Source: Octopus vulgaris
Lineage: Eukaryota
Assembly: GCA_951406725.2 (NCBI GenBank)
Contig: OX597815.1
Coordinates: forward strand, 126,976,001 to 127,040,000
Length of the DNA: 64,000 nt
Direction of reading: 5' to 3'
Both the position numbers and the translations under genes were made by a program. The notes beneath the pieces were generated by a model that did no database searches, had not been told where the DNA came from, and worked only from the letters and a program-made list of their open reading frames with translations. Every line of letters starts with the position of its first letter. Position 1 is the stretch's first letter. Positions 13,302 to 25,799 of this stretch are shown here, piece after piece.

Positions 13302-13596
13302 TCATGTACATATATATTATGCATTCTGACATGCATATAATCTGCATACATCTGCATGCCTACTTGCACAAATATTCATGCAGGCAGGTGTATATGCCTA
13401 CAAACATATACACTTTTGCTAATATAGCTGTTTATACACCATAAAACTGCACATTCACTAAAATACATCTCCTAACATTATGTAATAAAACATTATTTCC
13501 ATACATATATTTGTATGTATGAATGTTTGTTTCTATGTATTGGTGTATGTAAAAGTAACATGTACAGTATGATTCTTTATATGCACTTAGGTGTGT

Positions 13597-13635
<39 letters not shown>

Positions 13636-14119
13636 CTCTTCTATTTTTGATTATTTGAAATCATCCTGTAAGGAAGGAACTGATCTCTTACAAAGACATG
13701 AAGCCCCACTGTTGAAATATATATAATAAAAACTAATACATGGTAGATACCAGCGTCACACAAATAGCACCCATGCCGGTGGCATGTAAAAGCACCCATT
13801 ACACTCTCAGAGTGGTTAGCATTAGGAAGGGCATCCAGCTGCAGAAATCAAACTGGAGTCTTGTGTAGCCTTCCAGTTTGCCAACTCAGGTCAAACCATC
13901 CAATCCATGCCAGCATGGGCAATGGATGCTAAATGATGAAAACATGAAAACAATTCATATTTTGAATTTGAGAAAGGTCATGCATATTTTTACTGTTCCA
14001 CTTACCGATTGTATTTGTAATGCGCAAGTTAGCTGGTTTAGTCATTCTGAAAAACCCCATTTCATTCAAACTGTCAGTCATTTACTTACAAAACCCAATG
14101 CACCAATTATTATTATTAA

Positions 14120-14632
14120 CTAGCAGTATCGCCCGGCGTTGCTCGGGTTTGTAAGGGAAATAACTATATAAGCATTTTTAGAGAGTTACTTCCCTTATAG
14201 ATGCCAATTCGGGCTTTCTTAGCCATTTCTGTTTTGGTGTCTTCAAGCCATGAAGTCGTTGTTCTAAAAGAACGCTGGTCTCCTTGACAACGCTTTACGA
14301 CGTTGATTTCCTTACACTCCCTTCCCCACAGCTTCACGAGGGAGGGAAGAAGGGGGAGAAGCAAACAGGTGCAGGTGTGACCATGGACGCCAACTCCGCC
14401 GCCATCGACACACGAAAAATTATGCATTAAAATGGAATAAAAAATGATGTTAAATTATTTTTAAAATAGTAGACTCATCGTAGATGCGCGCTAATACTCA
14501 GACGGGCTCGATATAAATCACGACTATAAGATACCCGAATTTGGTTAAACTGCACCGCAAAATGTGGGAGTAGTTAGGAATCTAAATCGAAGGGGACAGA
14601 CACTCACACAACTACAGTTTTATATATATAGA
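14120..14632 (-). mobile_element. Non-autonomous Helitron
   Basis: The minus strand begins TCTATATATATAAAA after an A. It ends with hairpin CCCGAGCAACGCCGGG, a short spacer and CTAG, followed by T (A^T target). CpG-rich, so probably young. Confidence 0.9.
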
Positions 14633-14904
14633 TATAAATGTGAATTTCTCATCTGAATATAGGACTTGAAGATTTTAAACCAGTTATCCATAGTTATCCT
14701 ATTTCTTTTAGATTTCTGAAGAAATGTTCACATCAACAGAGCAGCTAATCTCTATGACAGTACATACTTTCCTTTGTTTGTTCCAAACAACAATATCTGG
14801 CTTATTATGTTTGCACTTGTATGTACGAAGTTATGTATGTATGTATGTATGTATGTATGTATGTATGTATGTATGTATGTATGTATGTATGTATGTATGT
14901 ATGC

Positions 14905-15080
14905 ATGTATCTAATGCGTCACCTTCACCTTTGCAGCATTTGACTATGGTGCTGCTACACCAGTCATTGGGTGTGACTCCTTCATGTATCACCTGATTGA
15001 CTATACGGGTGACTAGATTATAGCCGACACCACCAGATATTTTAAGCATCTCTGCAGTGATTCCTGATGGGCCAGCACTA
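14905..15080 (-). mobile_element. RTE RT N-terminal fragment
   Basis: AGPSGITAEMLKISGGVGYNLVTRIVNQVIHEGVTPNDWCSSTIVKCCKGEGDALD. Confidence 0.85.
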
Positions 15081-15238
15081 CAGATGTGCCAGCAACCAGA
15101 AGCTTGAAGCATGGCTGCCCTCACACACTTCTCATGAGGAATTCCGGAAGTAGCTTTGTGAGACCACTGCAGAGATGCTTCCAGAAAAAAAAAACGGTTG
15201 AAAAACCAATTATAGCAGTGACTCGATCAATTCCTAGG

Positions 15239-15280
15239 GATATCTGAAGAAGGAATTTTTATATTCCGAAATATTATATC
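15239..15280 (+). ncRNA. Minimal type I hammerhead ribozyme motif
   Basis: gatat-CTGAAGA-a-ggaat(ttttat)attcc-GAA-ATAT-T^atatc. Perfect 5-bp stem I and stem II, intact core, 4-nt palindromic stem III. Lies ~85 bp upstream of (TA)n. Confidence 0.7.
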
Positions 15281-15363
15281 AGACTATGGATGTTTAAATT
15301 ACACCAGTTATTATAGTCCATTGTTGTTATTATAGTGCATTATTATGCCAGTCAAAACACATG

Positions 15364-15426
<63 letters not shown>

Positions 15427-15429
<3 letters not shown>

Positions 15430-15722
15430 TCATCATCATCATCCTCATTTAACGTCCGCTTTCCATGCTAGCATGGGTTGGACAGTTCAACTGGAGTCTG
15501 GGGAGCCCGAAGGCTGCACCAGGCCAGTCAGATCTGGCAGTGTTTCTACAGCTGGATGCCCTTCCTAACGCCAACCACTCCGAGAGTGTAGTGGGTGATT
15601 TTATGTGCCACCGACACAGGTGCCAGACGAGGCTGGCGAACGGCCACGCTCGGATGGTGTTTTTTTTTTTATGTGCCACCGACACAGGTGCCAGACGAGG
15701 CTGGCAGACGGCCACGCTCGGA
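15427..15722 (-). mobile_element. Young RTE-tail/SINE module with an internal duplication
   Basis: (CAT)n tail, CpG-retaining consensus module, and duplicated ttatgtgccaccgacacaggtgccagacgaggctggc. Confidence 0.85.
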
Positions 15723-15745
15723 TATATATATATATATATATATAA

Positions 15746-16102
15746 AACCAAGAAGAAAGCAACAAGAATGGATCGGTAGTTTAGTACAATTGTTTCATAC
15801 TATAAACATTTTATTTAAAGCTGCAAATATTACAGCAAATATAATGTCAAGTATTTTTCAGCTAAATTTCATATAGGTTTTCCAAACACCTTAGAGAGTG
15901 TAAATATCCTTCATAGAACTCACTCCTATAACTTCATAAGGACATTTACACTCTCTAAGATGTTTGGAAAAACTATATGAAATTTAGCTGAAGAATACTT
16001 GACATTATATTTGCTGTAATATTTGCAGCTTTAAATAAATGTTTATAGTATGAAACAATTGTACTAAACTACCGATCCATTCTTGTTGCTTTCTTCTTGG
16101 TT
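15746..16102. repeat. Fold-back with ~165 bp arms (15746-15911 / 15938-16102) between (TA)n tracts
   Basis: aaccaagaagaaagcaacaagaatggatcggtagtttagtacaattgtttcatac... is the reverse complement of ...gtatgaaacaattgtactaaactaccgatccattcttgttgctttcttcttggtt. Unique tail to ~16200. Confidence 0.96.
15983..16068 (+). ncRNA. Type I hammerhead ribozyme with extended stem II
   Basis: tttag-CTGAAGA-atact...agtat-GAA-ACAATTGT-A^ctaaa. Perfect stem I, stem II base, palindromic stem III, GUA site after 16063. Confidence 0.8.
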
Positions 16103-16202
16103 ATAATCACCCCACATAATTTTATGGTTAATACCATAAAAAATTCTGTTGCATCTAAGTTAAGTACCATATTCTTTTGAATCTAAATTGTTTTGCTGAA
16201 AT

Positions 16203-16240
<38 letters not shown>

Positions 16241-17496
16241 AATGGATAGATAGATAGATAGATAGATATACACACATGTATGTATACATATGTATGTGTA
16301 TATGTATGTATGTATATGTGTGCATGTGTGCGTGTGTATGCAAGTGTATGTGATCTCTATTTAGTTACTAGATGTTTTGTTTTGTCTGTATTTTTCGCAT
16401 TTATATAAATTATTACTTTACATTACAGTTCTTTTGGGGCATTCCTTTCACCAGCTACCAACTGATACCCTTCAGCAGTATTGGTATTGACTCTGATACC
16501 CTTCAGCAGTATTGGTATTGGACCCCCAATCCAGTGGTATTGAGCAGCTCTAATTTGGAGAGCAGCTCTAATTTGTAAGATTGTAAAGGATAAGAGAAAT
16601 ATGGAGTGGGAGATAAAGAGTTAAACATTAATGCTGAAGTTAAATGTAAATATTAACCCTTTTTGTTGCATCTGGGAAGCACGAACTCACATAAAAAATC
16701 TTGCACAAAATCCAAAACTGAAATTAAGATATATTGTCATGCATATATTTACCACTATGTAGATACCAAGGTATGATCTTCTGTGTGTTATATCTTCATT
16801 TTCCTCTTCTTTTCAGGTTTGGAATGAAGCTGAAAATTCTGGCTGTCTTTAGTTTTAAAATCAGGTTTTTTCAGCTGTGCCTTAATCAAATTCTTTGCTG
16901 CAATAGCTGTATGGCTTGGATCTTTCAAAGCTTTGCATCATAATAGAAGGCTGAGTATTTCAAAAACCAGACACATATGGAAAGCTTATATGTGTTGAGC
17001 TTTTCTGTATTTTGAAAATTAGTAAGTAATAACCTATCTCAACTTTCTCCTCAGTCATCTATATATATAATTTGGTAGTGTTGCTTTGGTTGGGATTAAA
17101 ATGATCAGCTTCTACTTGGTAGATTATGACTTTAGCATTTCAGTATTTGTTCAATATGTAAGCTTTAAGTTTTTGTGAGAATAGTTTTCTTCAGACGTAA
17201 TTGTAGGTTTGATCTAGTGGATATTTTACATGTTAAAAGTACAACTATAACTTCATTTGAGGGTGTGTCTGTGGAATAATTTGCTATATTTTTGGTTAAA
17301 GGGTAAATGCTTTCATATTAAGTTGAGAAAGATCTTAGCTATATTAGATTTTATATAAGCAGATTTAGCAAGACAAAATACATGATGCTTCATTGCCTTT
17401 ACTTTATATTATTAAACCTTGAGCTTGATGTGTTATGCATGTGTGTGTACAGAGAAAAGCGCATACATATATACACCAATATATGAGTGTATATAT

Positions 17497-18910
17497 CATC
17501 ATCATCATCATCACCGTTTAACATCCACTTTCCATGATAGCATGGGTTGGACGATTTTGACTGAAGGCTGGCAAACCAGATGGCTGCACCAGGCTCCAGT
17601 CTTGATCCGGCAGAGTTTCTACAGCTGGATGCCCTTCCTAACGCCAACCACTCCGAGAGTGTAGTGGGTGCTTTTTACATACCACTGGCATGGGGGCCAG
17701 TCAGGCGGTACTGGCAATGACCTCGCTCAAATCTTTTTACACATGCCACCAGCACAGGTGCCAGTGAAGCGACATTGGTAACGATCACGCTCAAATGGTG
17801 CCCTTTTACGTGCCACGGGTACGGCTGCTCTGGCAATGATCACGCTCAGATGGTATTCTTGGCACCCTACTAGCACAGACATAAGTGCCAGTAAGGCATC
17901 ACTGGTAACGATCATACTCAAATAGCCGCTCTGTCAATGATCACACTCATATGGTGCTCTCTGCACCCCGCTAGCACGGATGCCAGTCATCGAAATGATT
18001 TTGATTATTATTTCACTTGCCTCAACAGGTCTTCGCAAGCAAAGTTTAGTGACCAAAGAAGGAAAAGGTATGCATAAGCAGGCTGGTTATGCTCCTGGCA
18101 TAGGCCACGGGTTATGGTTTCATCTGGCTTGCCGGGTCTTCTCGGGCACAGCATATTTCCAAAAGTCTCGGTTGCTAGTCATTTCCTTGGTGAGGCCTAA
18201 AGTTCGAAGGTCGTGCTTCACCACTTCATCCCAGGTCTTCCTAGGTCTACCTCTTCCACAGGTTCCCTCAACCGCTAGGATGTGGCACTTTTTCACACAG
18301 CTATCCTCATCCATTCTCACCACATGACCATACCAGCGCAGTCGTCTCTCTTGCACACCACATCTAATGCTTCTTAGGTCCAACTTTTCTCTCAAGGTAC
18401 TTACACTCTGTTGATTATGCACACTGACATTACACATCCATCGGATCATACTGGCTTCATTCGTTGCGAGCTTATGCATTTCCTCAGCAGTCACAGCCCA
18501 TGTTTCACTGCCATGTAGCATGGCTGTTCGTACACATGCATCATACAGTCTACCTTTTACTCTGAACAAAAGGCCCTTTGTCACCAGCAGAGGTAAGAAC
18601 TCTCTGAACTTTGTCCAAGCTATTCTTATTCTAACAGCTACACTTTCAGTGCACTCTCTTCCGCTACTGACTTGGTCATCTATTTAATGGAATCTATCAA
18701 CTACTAGGTTTTCACCCTGGAATGTGGTGGAAGTTGTTCTCTGCACATTTTCAGTGTTTATCGCTCCCGAGCATCTGCTACATACAAAAACTATCTTCCC
18801 AGTTAGCCTTCCTTTGATATTACTGTACTTCTTACGTGTCCATAGCTTACACTGGGTACATCTTATAGAGTTTCTACCTACACCTCTACTACAAATCAAG
18901 CAGGGCCATG
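17497..18910 (-). mobile_element. 5'-truncated RTE LINE with complete 3' UTR
   Basis: WPCLICSRGVGRNSIRCTQCKLW..., KGRLYDACVRTAMLHGSETW...RRLRWYGHVVRM...GRGRPRKTW...EKTRQAR*, followed by the 3' UTR and (GAT)n. Confidence 0.93.
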
Positions 18911-19044
18911 TATGTTTTATACACACACACATATATATATGTATGTATGTATATATATATATATATATACACACACATATATAGTGTACTGTTCCCTGAT
19001 GTTAAGATCAGCAAAAAAGTACTCCATCTGGTGAGAGATAAATG

Positions 19045-19669
19045 TTATTTAATAAAGTATGTGTTTTATGTGCTACCATTAGTTTCATATGATGAGAGCA
19101 TGCCAGACAGTATTTTTTAACATGTCTGGTGTTTCAGCACAATCTTCCAGTACTATCCATACGATAAAGTGGAAAATAATTGAAAAATCCACACCATGTG
19201 TTAACAGATCAAAAACATGTAACTGAAAGAACTCTAACACATTGCTGAATTCTAGATCTGAAATTTTCAGTGCTTGTAAGCATATGACTAAGTTCCTGAT
19301 CACAAATTGGAAAGTGTCACCCTCTCTGAATTGAACAGCTGTACCACAGACTCTAAGCCATTATCTTTTCAGCTTTATATTTTACAGTCAAAAGGAAAAT
19401 AACTCTAATTTCCTGCTCCACCATTTTTGCCTTTTTCTGTTTGTTTTTTTCAATTTCTGGTTTTCAATATTCCATCATTTATATCTATTTCTCACCTTTT
19501 CTCATTTTTTCTCTCATCGTATCATCCCATTTCTAGTTTGTTATGCTATGTTAGCAGTGCCTGAAGATTGTGCTGAGATACTAGATGTGTTAAAAATACT
19601 GTCTGGCATGCTCTCATCACATAAAACTAATAGTAGCACATAAAAACATAAACTATGTTTATTAAATAA
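19045..19669. repeat. Inverted repeat with ~110 bp arms (19045-19154 / 19556-19669) and ~400 bp spacer
   Basis: ttttatgtgctaccattagtttcatatgatgagagcatgccagacagtatttt pairs with aaaatactgtctggcatgctctcatcacataaaactaatagtagcacataaaa. Confidence 0.9.
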
Positions 19670-19771
19670 TATATGTAGATGTGTGTATGTGTGTGTATTT
19701 GTGTGTGTGTATGTACATATATATATATACGTGTGTATTTATGTATATGTGTGTGTGTGTGTGTATGTATA

Positions 19772-20010
19772 TCATCATCATCATCATCATCGTTTAACGT
19801 CTGCTTTCCATGCTAGCATGGGTTGGACGGTTCAACTGGGGTCTGCACCAGGCCAGTCAGATCTGGCAGTGTTTCTACAGCTGGATGTCCTTCCTAATGC
19901 CAACCACTCCGAGAGTGTAGTGGGTGATTTCATGTGCCACCGACACAGGTGCCAGACGAGGCTGGCAAACGGCCACGCTCGGATGGTGTTTTTTACGTGC
20001 CACCAGCACA
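19772..20010 (-). mobile_element. RTE-tail/SINE module
   Basis: Near-identical to 15427-15670, with a (CAT)n tail. Confidence 0.85.
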
Positions 20011-20040
20011 TATGTTTGTGTATGTATATATATGTGTGAA

Positions 20041-20085
<45 letters not shown>

Positions 20086-20559
20086 GTGTAATTGTGTGTG
20101 TGTGTGTGTGTATTTGTAAATATATAATCCATAAGAAAATAATCAAATACCTTATCCATCAGCCATCTCAATTCTTTATTAACTAAAGTATGTTTTGCTT
20201 TTATAATGGACATTTATGTGGAGTGTGAGATGTTTGTCTGGCTTGACAATATTTCCTGCTCACTGTTTTATGCTGTATCTTCTATTACTGATCGACTACC
20301 ATCCAATTAAACCTTGATGGTCAACTTTATGTATAAGTTGTGAATGATATAAATAAAGATGCATCAATTTAGGTGTGAGAATAGCATTCCATGTTAAGGA
20401 AATTTTAACTTTATACAATGTCAAGAGGTGTTCAAAAATTAAGTATTTGGGGAGTTCTAACAGCAAAGAATTCATCAGCAAAAAAACCCCTCTATACCCC
20501 CACTATGGCCCTGAGAAAGAGCCCTCAAAGTTATTCCTAGACCTTATTGTCGCCGAAGA

Positions 20560-21090
20560 TCTTTCCTGACAAAATCACATCCTTAACATAACTAAGACTG
20601 TATCTCGAAGACTGGGTGTTCCCTTTCGAAACAGAAGATATTTTAACCCCCAATAACTGTAGATACTCAATAAGGTTCAAGTGAAAGCCAAAATGGAGTA
20701 TTGCTCCCATGCTTGGGACAGTGTCGATACTATGTACACAAGTATCCTATATTACATCTAAAGAAGAGCCAATCAACTATTTGGTATCCAATTTTTTAGG
20801 ACATGCTCCAGTCTCTGGTCCATAGACAATGTTTCTTTTTTTGTCTTTTCTCTAAGCCTCAAAGCTGGCTGATCTCACACCTCCACCTTTCAAACACCTC
20901 TGACCCACTCATCTTTTCACCACTTGTCACTTTTGGTGCACCCAACCAACTCAGTCTTGCCCTTACCATTATACCCAGTTTTTTACTTCCAGGGTTTTAT
21001 CTCCCTGGAATCTTCTCCCTGCTCATATCTTTCTTGCATGTGTTGATCTACAACAGTTTAAACTGAACATTAATAACATCATGTCTTCTT
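20560..21090 (+). mobile_element. Old CR1/L2/Jockey-group LINE C-terminal remnant
   Basis: SRRLGVPFRNRRYF...KVQVKAKMEYCSHAW...LQSLVHR. Confidence 0.6.
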
Positions 21091-21840
21091 GTCTCAGAAG
21101 GTTGGGAAAGATCACGAGCAATGCCTTCCTTCCAGACTCAACAAATAAAAAAGAATAAGGAGGAAGTGGATTAGAATTATGGATGTTAGCCCATGTAGTG
21201 CTAAGCATATTTTTTTGTTATGGAATTATATTTACTGTACTGTTTTACTCCTACTTTTCCATGTCTGTATGAGCCAAGTGGAGTTTCGTATTGCAACAGT
21301 TAGCTGTACATTTGCTACAAAGTATACTTAATAGTCAAGGAGAAGTGAAACCAGCTCTTTTATCATTTAGACAAAATGAAGCAGAGTTTTGTGCATCTTG
21401 TTCAAGGTGTGTTAAGTTTTATTTTATAACCATGTCTTATACTTCAGTATTGTTTGGGTGAAGTCTGGGTCTACTAGAGTTCTTCCTTGAAATATATAAC
21501 ATCTTATAACATAATATATATAAGAAAATTAAACATGATTAAATTATCATATATTATTAAACATTAGCAACAATACCCAGCCTTACCTCATATTTCTCAA
21601 TACCTAAAATACATCTAACCATGACCACTGTCTCTTTTCTGTTTTTAATTCAAACACTTTTCCCTTCTGTTCCTCATTATTGATAAATCCAATTTTTTAA
21701 AAAAGTTAACACAAAAGGAATCACATTGCTATGACCCGTCTTTAAAAAATTGTGCTCCTATACAAAATTTCAGCTACTTAGAGGCAAAACTGCATTCTAC
21801 AACTTGGAACATATATGCATTGATACCTATGTATTTATAA

Positions 21841-22323
21841 TGGATGGCAAGGCTTACGATATCGGGAGAATATTGCCTTCCTCCATTATCTCTTTTTGTT
21901 CTTCCTGTAGTTCAGGCTCCGGCTGGTGAAGAGAGAAGACTTCAAGTACAAATGCAACTTACAACTGGTTTATTTACAGGTTTCACAGGATAAGTGAAGT
22001 GTGCTGCTTTCAGCAACCATCTTTAGCGTTGTGTAGTAGCTCTGTTAGTGCAGGCACATTGCCTCTTGAGGTACAACATACAGACAGGCCCAGCCAATGG
22101 AGTGTGCTCAGCCAGAGCTGCTGCTAAGAGGCGGAAAGGGAGGTGGCAAAAAGAGGGAGAATCTCAATCTGTTTTGCTCTTATATACAGTTTGCCATCAC
22201 TAGCCTCTTTGAGATCTCGCGCATGGCAAATGGATGCAGGTAAGGTCTCACTTCAGTCTCGGAGATGGCAATGGCTGCTGCGAGATCTCATCCAATATGG
22301 CACTGACTGCTTGTGCCGCTACA
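21841..22323 (-). mobile_element. Probable solo LTR
   Basis: The minus strand starts TGTAGCGG and has a TATA box (plus cttatata ~22179) and a downstream AATAAA (plus tttatt ~21968). GC-richer than its flanks. The far end is either 21906 (TGTAG) or 21841 (imperfect TSD tataa/tatta). Confidence 0.55.
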
Positions 22324-22354
22324 TATTAAATGATTAAACTACTAGATTGTGAAG

Positions 22355-22630
22355 GTATGGGGCCCAGTGGTTAGGGAGTTGGACAACTACCATAAAGTTG
22401 TGCTTTTGATCCCCATACTGGACAACACATGGTGGTGTTGAGCAAAATACTTCATTTCATGTCACTCCAGTCCAATCAACTGAAAATGCTTTACCAGCAA
22501 TAGTAGAGTGTTAACCCTGTAATTAAGTGGCACCCCAAGTCAGGCAGATCTTGTATTCTCATTCACTGATATGCCATGGAAAGTGGTACAAGCTCCATCC
22601 TGATGAGCTTTTAGGTTCAGGACAAACCTA
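22355..22630 (+). mobile_element. Old tRNA-derived SINE
   Basis: Box A-like ggcccagtggttaggg, decayed box B, CORE-like body (ttgagcaaaatacttcatttc), and tail aagctccatcctgatgagc. Confidence 0.55.
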
Positions 22631-23786
22631 AAAATGATTGTTCTTTGAAGGAAGAAGGGTGGGGAGGGAGGTCTTTTGCAGGGAAGAAATTGAGGGCTAT
22701 CTCAGTTTTGCAGATCTTTATAGAATTAATGGTGATAAACAGATAATTTATGAAGAGGAAGAACAGAGATGAGAAAAAATAACTGTTTCTCACAATACAC
22801 AAGTGTTCATTGACTGAGTAATTGAAAGAGATCATTATCAATGCACATTGATAAGATACAATTACTGAGAAAGTATAAGGACAAATTGATTTCTTCTTGA
22901 TATGTTCTACTTTATCAAGTCTTTTGTCATTACTGAACCCAAGACGTTTGAATTTTATTACAACTACCAAAAACCAAAGATACCTCAAAAAAACAAAAAA
23001 TCCTCATGCATAGTGAAGTTGATTATCAGTAGCTCTAACTTTACATGAGCCATGAGAAAGAGGGGTGGAAAGAGGAATGGAAAAAGTGGAGAAGGAACCA
23101 ATGCATGAAACAGTTATTAATGATGGATAAAAACTTTTGAAATGATGATGAATCAACTGAGTTTCTTTTATTTAACATGGTTTCTAGATAAAATTCTCAT
23201 GGAAGAGATAATAAAGGTCAAAGCATTTTCTTATTAATAAAGCTACATAATTTGATGCCTGTTGAGGTGTAATCTGCTGACATATTTAATACATCATAGT
23301 TAAGGCTTTATATTATTATATAGGCCTTGTGAAGCTCATTCTGATAATTATCTCTTCAACATACTAATTTCATATCTCTACTACATCTAACAAATAAATA
23401 GCATTTCCAACAAATGAAGCATTATTTCATCCAATTTCTAAATATTTAATACAGTCAACCAACAAAATTCCAATAATTTTTTTTTCATATTCATCTATAT
23501 TTGCTTATGCCACACATCAGAAATTAATGACAAACAGCTTATGAAGTTAATTGTTTGTTCTCGTCAATTAATATTGGATTTATTTTTAATAAAGTTCTCT
23601 GGGGATTATAGAAGCTTTACCAAGGCACAAGTATGGCTGTGTGGTTAAGAAGTTTGTTTTGCGACCCCAGGGTTTTGAGTTCAGTCTTACAGCATGGCAT
23701 TTTGGTATCTTTTACTATAGTCCTGGATCAAGCAAAGTTTTGTGAGTAAATTTTGTAAATGGAAACTGAAAGAAGCCCATTGTATG

Positions 23787-23832
<46 letters not shown>

Positions 23833-24550
23833 TGTGTTTGTGCCTCCTTATTTTGACATCATTGGCTAGGTGTAAACAAGTATTACAACTTCAACCATCA
23901 AATTTCACTTCTAATCCTTCATGGAAATATATCTGGTATATTGGAATATTACTTTACTTGGAAACAAGTGAGGATTGGTAACAAGAAGTGATTCTGACCA
24001 TAGAAAATCTACCTCAATGAATTCCAGCTGTGGACATTAAAATGATGACAATGATGACAATATCTTAGTATCAGCCCCTTAATGATCTAAATGGGGCTCT
24101 CTATGTGGTTGCTCAACTTACAAGAAAAAACAATAAAAAATTCCACAACTCAACTTTCACTTTCAAAAGTGAAAGACACATTAGAAAAAGTGGTCCTAGA
24201 TTCCCTACAGCCCAGCAGAAGAAATAGTCAGGGCTAGAATGCTTTTGATCATAGTTTTCTAGCAATCAATGTTATCTTGAGGGTTAAACAACTAAACAGC
24301 AATAACTGGACCTGTGTTTACTATTTATAATTAACAAGTTACACTGTTTCGTGTGGCAATCACACCTTGGTGAATTAGCTTGTGTACATATTTGAATAAT
24401 GGAAGATGTTGTTTATGAGTGGAAATGAACAACATTGCTTGTATGATGGTGATACTTCTTTATAAAAATCACATAATGTCAAGACTAGAGTACACAGAAA
24501 CACCAACACACACATATACATATACATTTACACGCACGCACACACACACA

Positions 24551-24604
<54 letters not shown>

Positions 24605-24637
24605 CACACACACTCATATATATATATATATATATAG

Positions 24638-24786
24638 GGAGAATTCACAAAAAAATAAAAGCCAAAGACAGGTGGTGTAGACAACAAACATATGTATTAG
24701 TATAATGCTCGGGAAGTGAAAAAGTCTTTAATGTTTCCAGCCTACGCTCTTCCACAGAAAAGAACACAAAAAGAAACAAGGAGAAA
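24638..24786 (-). mobile_element. Short Penelope pLTR-like fragment embedded in (TA)n
   Basis: Flanked by (TA)n on both sides. The minus strand contains the hammerhead-like tggaaga-gcgtaggct-ggaaacatta. Related to 28141-28328. Confidence 0.5.
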
Positions 24787-24800
24787 TATATATATATATA

Positions 24801-25171
24801 CAGGGTGATTCAAAAGTCACCATACATAGGAACCATTTATCTTTTTATAAGAAACAGTTTATAAGAACAGTTTTTTTTTTATTTAACAGGTACTATATGG
24901 TTACCATTGTTTTGAATACACATGGTAATATGTTTACCCCACACATTGGGAACTCGTAATGGCACATTTGGTGATACATGTGCAAAGGAGTTGGTGATGC
25001 GTTCCTTCAAATGATTTATGTCTTTTATCTTTCTGCGATACACCATGCCTTTCAAATGGTGCCAAAGATAGAAATCAAGAGGGGTCAGATCAAGTGATCT
25101 AAGGGATCTTATAAAATGTTTTTAATAAAAAAAATAATTTTTTCTATATATGGAGACTTTTGAACCACCTG
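24801..25171 (-). mobile_element. Internally deleted Tc1/mariner-superfamily element (MITE-like)
   Basis: TIRs cagggtgattcaaaagtcaccatacatag and ctatatatggagacttttgaaccacctg in TA context. The minus strand encodes LRSLDLTPLDFYLWHHLKGMVYRRKIKDINHLKERIT. Confidence 0.88.
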
Positions 25172-25799
25172 TTTATATATATATATATATATATGATCAT
25201 TTAATGTCTGCTTTCCATGCTGGCATGGGTTGGATAGTTCGACATGGTTTTTATGGCCAGATGGCCAGATGGAATCTTTGAACTTATCTTCTCTACCGTT
25301 ATGAAGGAGGTTCATCTCATCCAATGTTAACTGCATCCATACAGCTGCATATTGTGATAAACTAAATCCACCAACATTATTTACGGATCACTGAACTCCC
25401 AGAAACAGCTGTTGGATTTATAACACATTTCTTCCACCTCTCTAATTTTCTCTGTTATTTGTATTCTATGTAAGTTGAATCTATATATTTATACATAAAA
25501 ATTCATCGTTTGAATGATTTTACTTTTTGCTTTCTCTCATTTCGCATGTATAGGTGTATATATACATACCTTGTATTTGATGTATTTAATATATTTAATA
25601 TATTTGATGTGTCTAATTTGTTTATCCACATAATTGTCTCTATACCGGCCCAACTTGAATCCTCTTATAGCTTTTTTTATTACTTTGTGGAATTGATGCT
25701 CTGTAATGACATCAGAGTCTAAGTTTGAATCTTTTGAGCACTACTATGTGTCTTCCATACTGAGAATCTCTGAATTTTATTTGCAAACTAGTTCACCAC

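Noticed and set aside
16817-17021. Strong acceptor and downstream gtaagt suggesting an exon
   Set aside because: All three frames contain stops. A non-coding exon cannot be supported from sequence alone.
22596-22625. CTGATGA hammerhead-like core
   Set aside because: No GAAA or stem III follows. It is a SINE tail.
25353-25420. GAAACAGCTGTT half-hammerhead with taaatcc/ggattta pairing
   Set aside because: No CUGANGA core at the required position. Possibly a decayed pLTR but not callable.
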